A DNA stretch of 19,429 bases from contig JBKHIT010000077.1 of NCBI GenBank assembly GCA_046538485.1, positions 1-19,429 on the forward strand. The letters run 5' to 3'. Made by a program: the position numbers and the translations under genes. Of this stretch, positions 17,461 through 19,429 are shown piece after piece. The notes below the pieces were generated by a model. The model was not told where the DNA came from, made no database searches, and was given only the letters and a program-made list of their open reading frames with translations. Every line of letters begins with the position of its first letter. Position 1 is the first letter of the stretch. This DNA is from Candidatus Brocadiia bacterium. Lineage in GTDB: Bacteria > Planctomycetota > Brocadiia > SM23-32.

Positions 17461-18015
17461 CTATTTCTGATGAGATATTGGGAATTGCGGCGCATTAATA
17501 CCCGAAATCACTCGCCTCGTACGACGAGTCCCAGTTGCCCTTGATGGAAGCTCCCATGTGGGCCTCGCGGTAAGGCTGAGGATAGTCTTCTCCGCCATTC
17601 CCCTCCCACGAACCGTCCTGGATGTTGCCGCTCGTGCGGTGAAAACCACCCGCCGCCTCCAGAAATCATTCATCGTGATGGCCGGCAGGTGGACCTGGCC
17701 CGGGTGCGACATAGCATTGCTTCCGGCGGGCAAATATGAGTCATGATCCCCGGCAAAAAGGGCCGCCCCCGTGTACATTTGCCTCAGTTGAAGAAGACAT
17801 GCCGCGCGGCGTGCTGCCTCTCGCGCTCGCTCAAGAGCTGGCATCAGCATGGCCGCCAGGATTGCAATGATGGCAATGACCACAAGAAGCTCGATAAGCG
17901 TGAACCCCGATCTCGCACGCCTGTCCATTTGTTCATCATAAAACTCCTCTTTAACGTTTCTATCTGCCTGAAGCCGCACATGGAAAAGGCATATTCCATT
18001 TCCCGTTCCTTGCAT
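17461..18015 (-). pseudogene. DUF1559/prepilin-family gene with intact pilin head and shortened, probably frameshifted C-terminus
   Basis: [44 protein letters not shown]...DHDSYLP. After about 17660 the frame becomes Arg/Thr-rich with no CPS or DG motif, while another frame reads [17 protein letters not shown]...DFGY to TAA at 17495-17497. Start is ambiguous: 18015, 17928, or out-of-frame 17939. Confidence 0.65.
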
Positions 18016-18058
18016 TTCGCACCTCCAGCATAAGAAAACCAACAATACGGCACCTGAC

Positions 18059-18087
18059 ATACTCTCTGCGGGTGGCGAGTTTGTCAA
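18059..18087 (-). promoter_or_regulatory. Candidate promoter TTGACA-N17-GAGTAT
   Basis: -35 at 18082-18087, -10 at 18059-18064. The -10 resembles the TAGTAT of the other two prepilin promoters. Confidence 0.5.
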
Positions 18088-18133
18088 GATCGAAAATAGC
18101 AACTGTAGTTCACCCTGTTCTCTCCACCTGTCC

Positions 18134-19327
18134 TTACATCCGCCGGAAATCGGGTATATCTACCGGTTCGCCCGTCTCTTCGGAATCGGCGGCCGCCACG
18201 CAGATCGCCGTGCCTTCCACCACCTGCAGAAACTCCTCTTCCGCCCGATCTCGCTCCTGAAGACGTCGCCCGAATTCCCGCATCGCCCTCGGCTCACTGC
18301 CCCCGTGGCCTCCCCGCGTGGTTGGACGCGGTTCGAAAACTTCCATCCTGTCGGGCTCATCGACGCTCTGGATCTTTATCTCGAATTCGCAGGCATTATT
18401 GTAGAACCCCATCATTTTCCCCCGATCACCGATGAGCGTAAACTCTCTCGTATATTCCGGCGTGAAGTGGCACTCACCATAAAAAGCCCGCGTCCCATTG
18501 TCGTAATCCACCAGAACAAGGCTGTTGTCAGCCACCTCCGCTCCCGGCGCAAATACGCAATGATCCTGGATCTCCTGGACCTCCCCGTAATCGGTCTCCA
18601 GCTTTTCTCCCCGGATCGCGTGCCGGCACGTCTCAACGCGATCGCATTCACTGCAACGTTTGTCCCCCGACTCTCCCTGTCCGTATACGTTCAGTCCGGA
18701 CGAGCAGTACACACGTAGTGGTCGCGCCCCCATATACCAGTTGACGAGATCCACTGTGTGCGTGCCTTTCTGGAGAACAAGGCTCCGTGTGTAAGATCTC
18801 TCACGCCGATGATCGTGATAATAGTAGCGGCCACCGACAGAAACGTTGTCAAAACCCATCCCAATCACGGGTCGGCCTATGCGCCCATCGTCGATGAGCC
18901 GACGCATCTCCCTGAACACCACACAATGACGCAATTCCAACCCAACCATTACGATACAGTCGGACTCCCGCCACGCGCCTACCAGCTTTCGCAATCCATC
19001 CATGGTCTGCGATATGGGTTTTTCAAGAAAAACATCTTTCCCGTGAGCCAGTGCGGCCTCGGCGTTCTCGACATGCCACGGATCCCCCGAAGCCACAATC
19101 ACGGCGTCGCACTGACCGTGCTCGTATAACTCAGTGTCGGACTTCGCGTACGTTATTCCTTCCTCGCCGAATCGTTCCCTGGCTCTTTCCAACGCAGCGG
19201 CAGACGGATCGGCAAACCCGGTGATGACAGCCCCAGTCTCACGGCTGAGAGTCTCCATGAGTGAAAAACCGCGCGAACTCGCGCCGACAATTCCAACACG
19301 AAGATCTTGACCCCTTTTCTCGTTCAT
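18134..19327 (-). CDS. Gfo/Idh/MocA family NAD(P)-dependent oxidoreductase, ~397 aa
   Basis: [12 protein letters not shown]ossmann start, [24 protein letters not shown] near the C-terminus. Start is probably ATG 19327 (after AAGGA); 19333 is the alternative. Confidence 0.92.
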   Translation of the reverse strand: MNEKRGQDLRVGIVGASSRGFSLMETLSRETGAVITGFADPSAAALERARERFGEEGITYAKSDTELYEHGQCDAVIVASGDPWHVENAEAALAHGKDVFLEKPISQTMDGLRKLVGAWRESDCIVMVGLELRHCVVFREMRRLIDDGRIGRPVIGMGFDNVSVGGRYYYHDHRRERSYTRSLVLQKGTHTVDLVNWYMGARPLRVYCSSGLNVYGQGESGDKRCSECDRVETCRHAIRGEKLETDYGEVQEIQDHCVFAPGAEVADNSLVLVDYDNGTRAFYGECHFTPEYTREFTLIGDRGKMMGFYNNACEFEIKIQSVDEPDRMEVFEPRPTTRGGHGGSEPRAMREFGRRLQERDRAEEEFLQVVEGTAICVAAADSEETGEPVDIPDFRRM

Positions 19328-19429
19328 CTGCATTCCTTTTCTTTTTTCAATCAACCGACTAAATGACAATAGGCTCTGTCTGAGAATGCGGTCGTCGGAC
19401 CGAGAGCGAGCGAATTTGTGGCTGGCGCG

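Overview
A bacterial window, probably PVC superphylum (Planctomycetota-like; inferred from the DUF1559/prepilin genes and the repeat style). It looks like a glycan-utilisation-type cluster. It encodes two distantly paralogous ~1050-aa secreted GH42-like proteins (clan GH-A barrel plus beta-galactosidase trimerisation domain), a secreted DUF4838 protein, three beta-propeller proteins (PQQ/BamB-like, oligogalacturonate-lyase/TolB-like, and one of unknown function) and a Gfo/Idh/MocA oxidoreductase. There are three DUF1559-type prepilin loci. One is intact (1794-2621). One is 'headless' (978-1514): it keeps a duplicated promoter, leader and RBS but lacks the whole N-methyl pilin segment. One has an intact pilin head but a shortened, apparently frameshifted tail (17461-18015). 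Two non-coding zones (about 110-901 and 13279-14009) are mosaics of REP-like hairpin repeats and share one ~85-bp element in inverted orientation. I found no RNA genes, CRISPR array, transposase, recombinase or reverse transcriptase. Family assignments come from motif recognition by eye, not from database searches.
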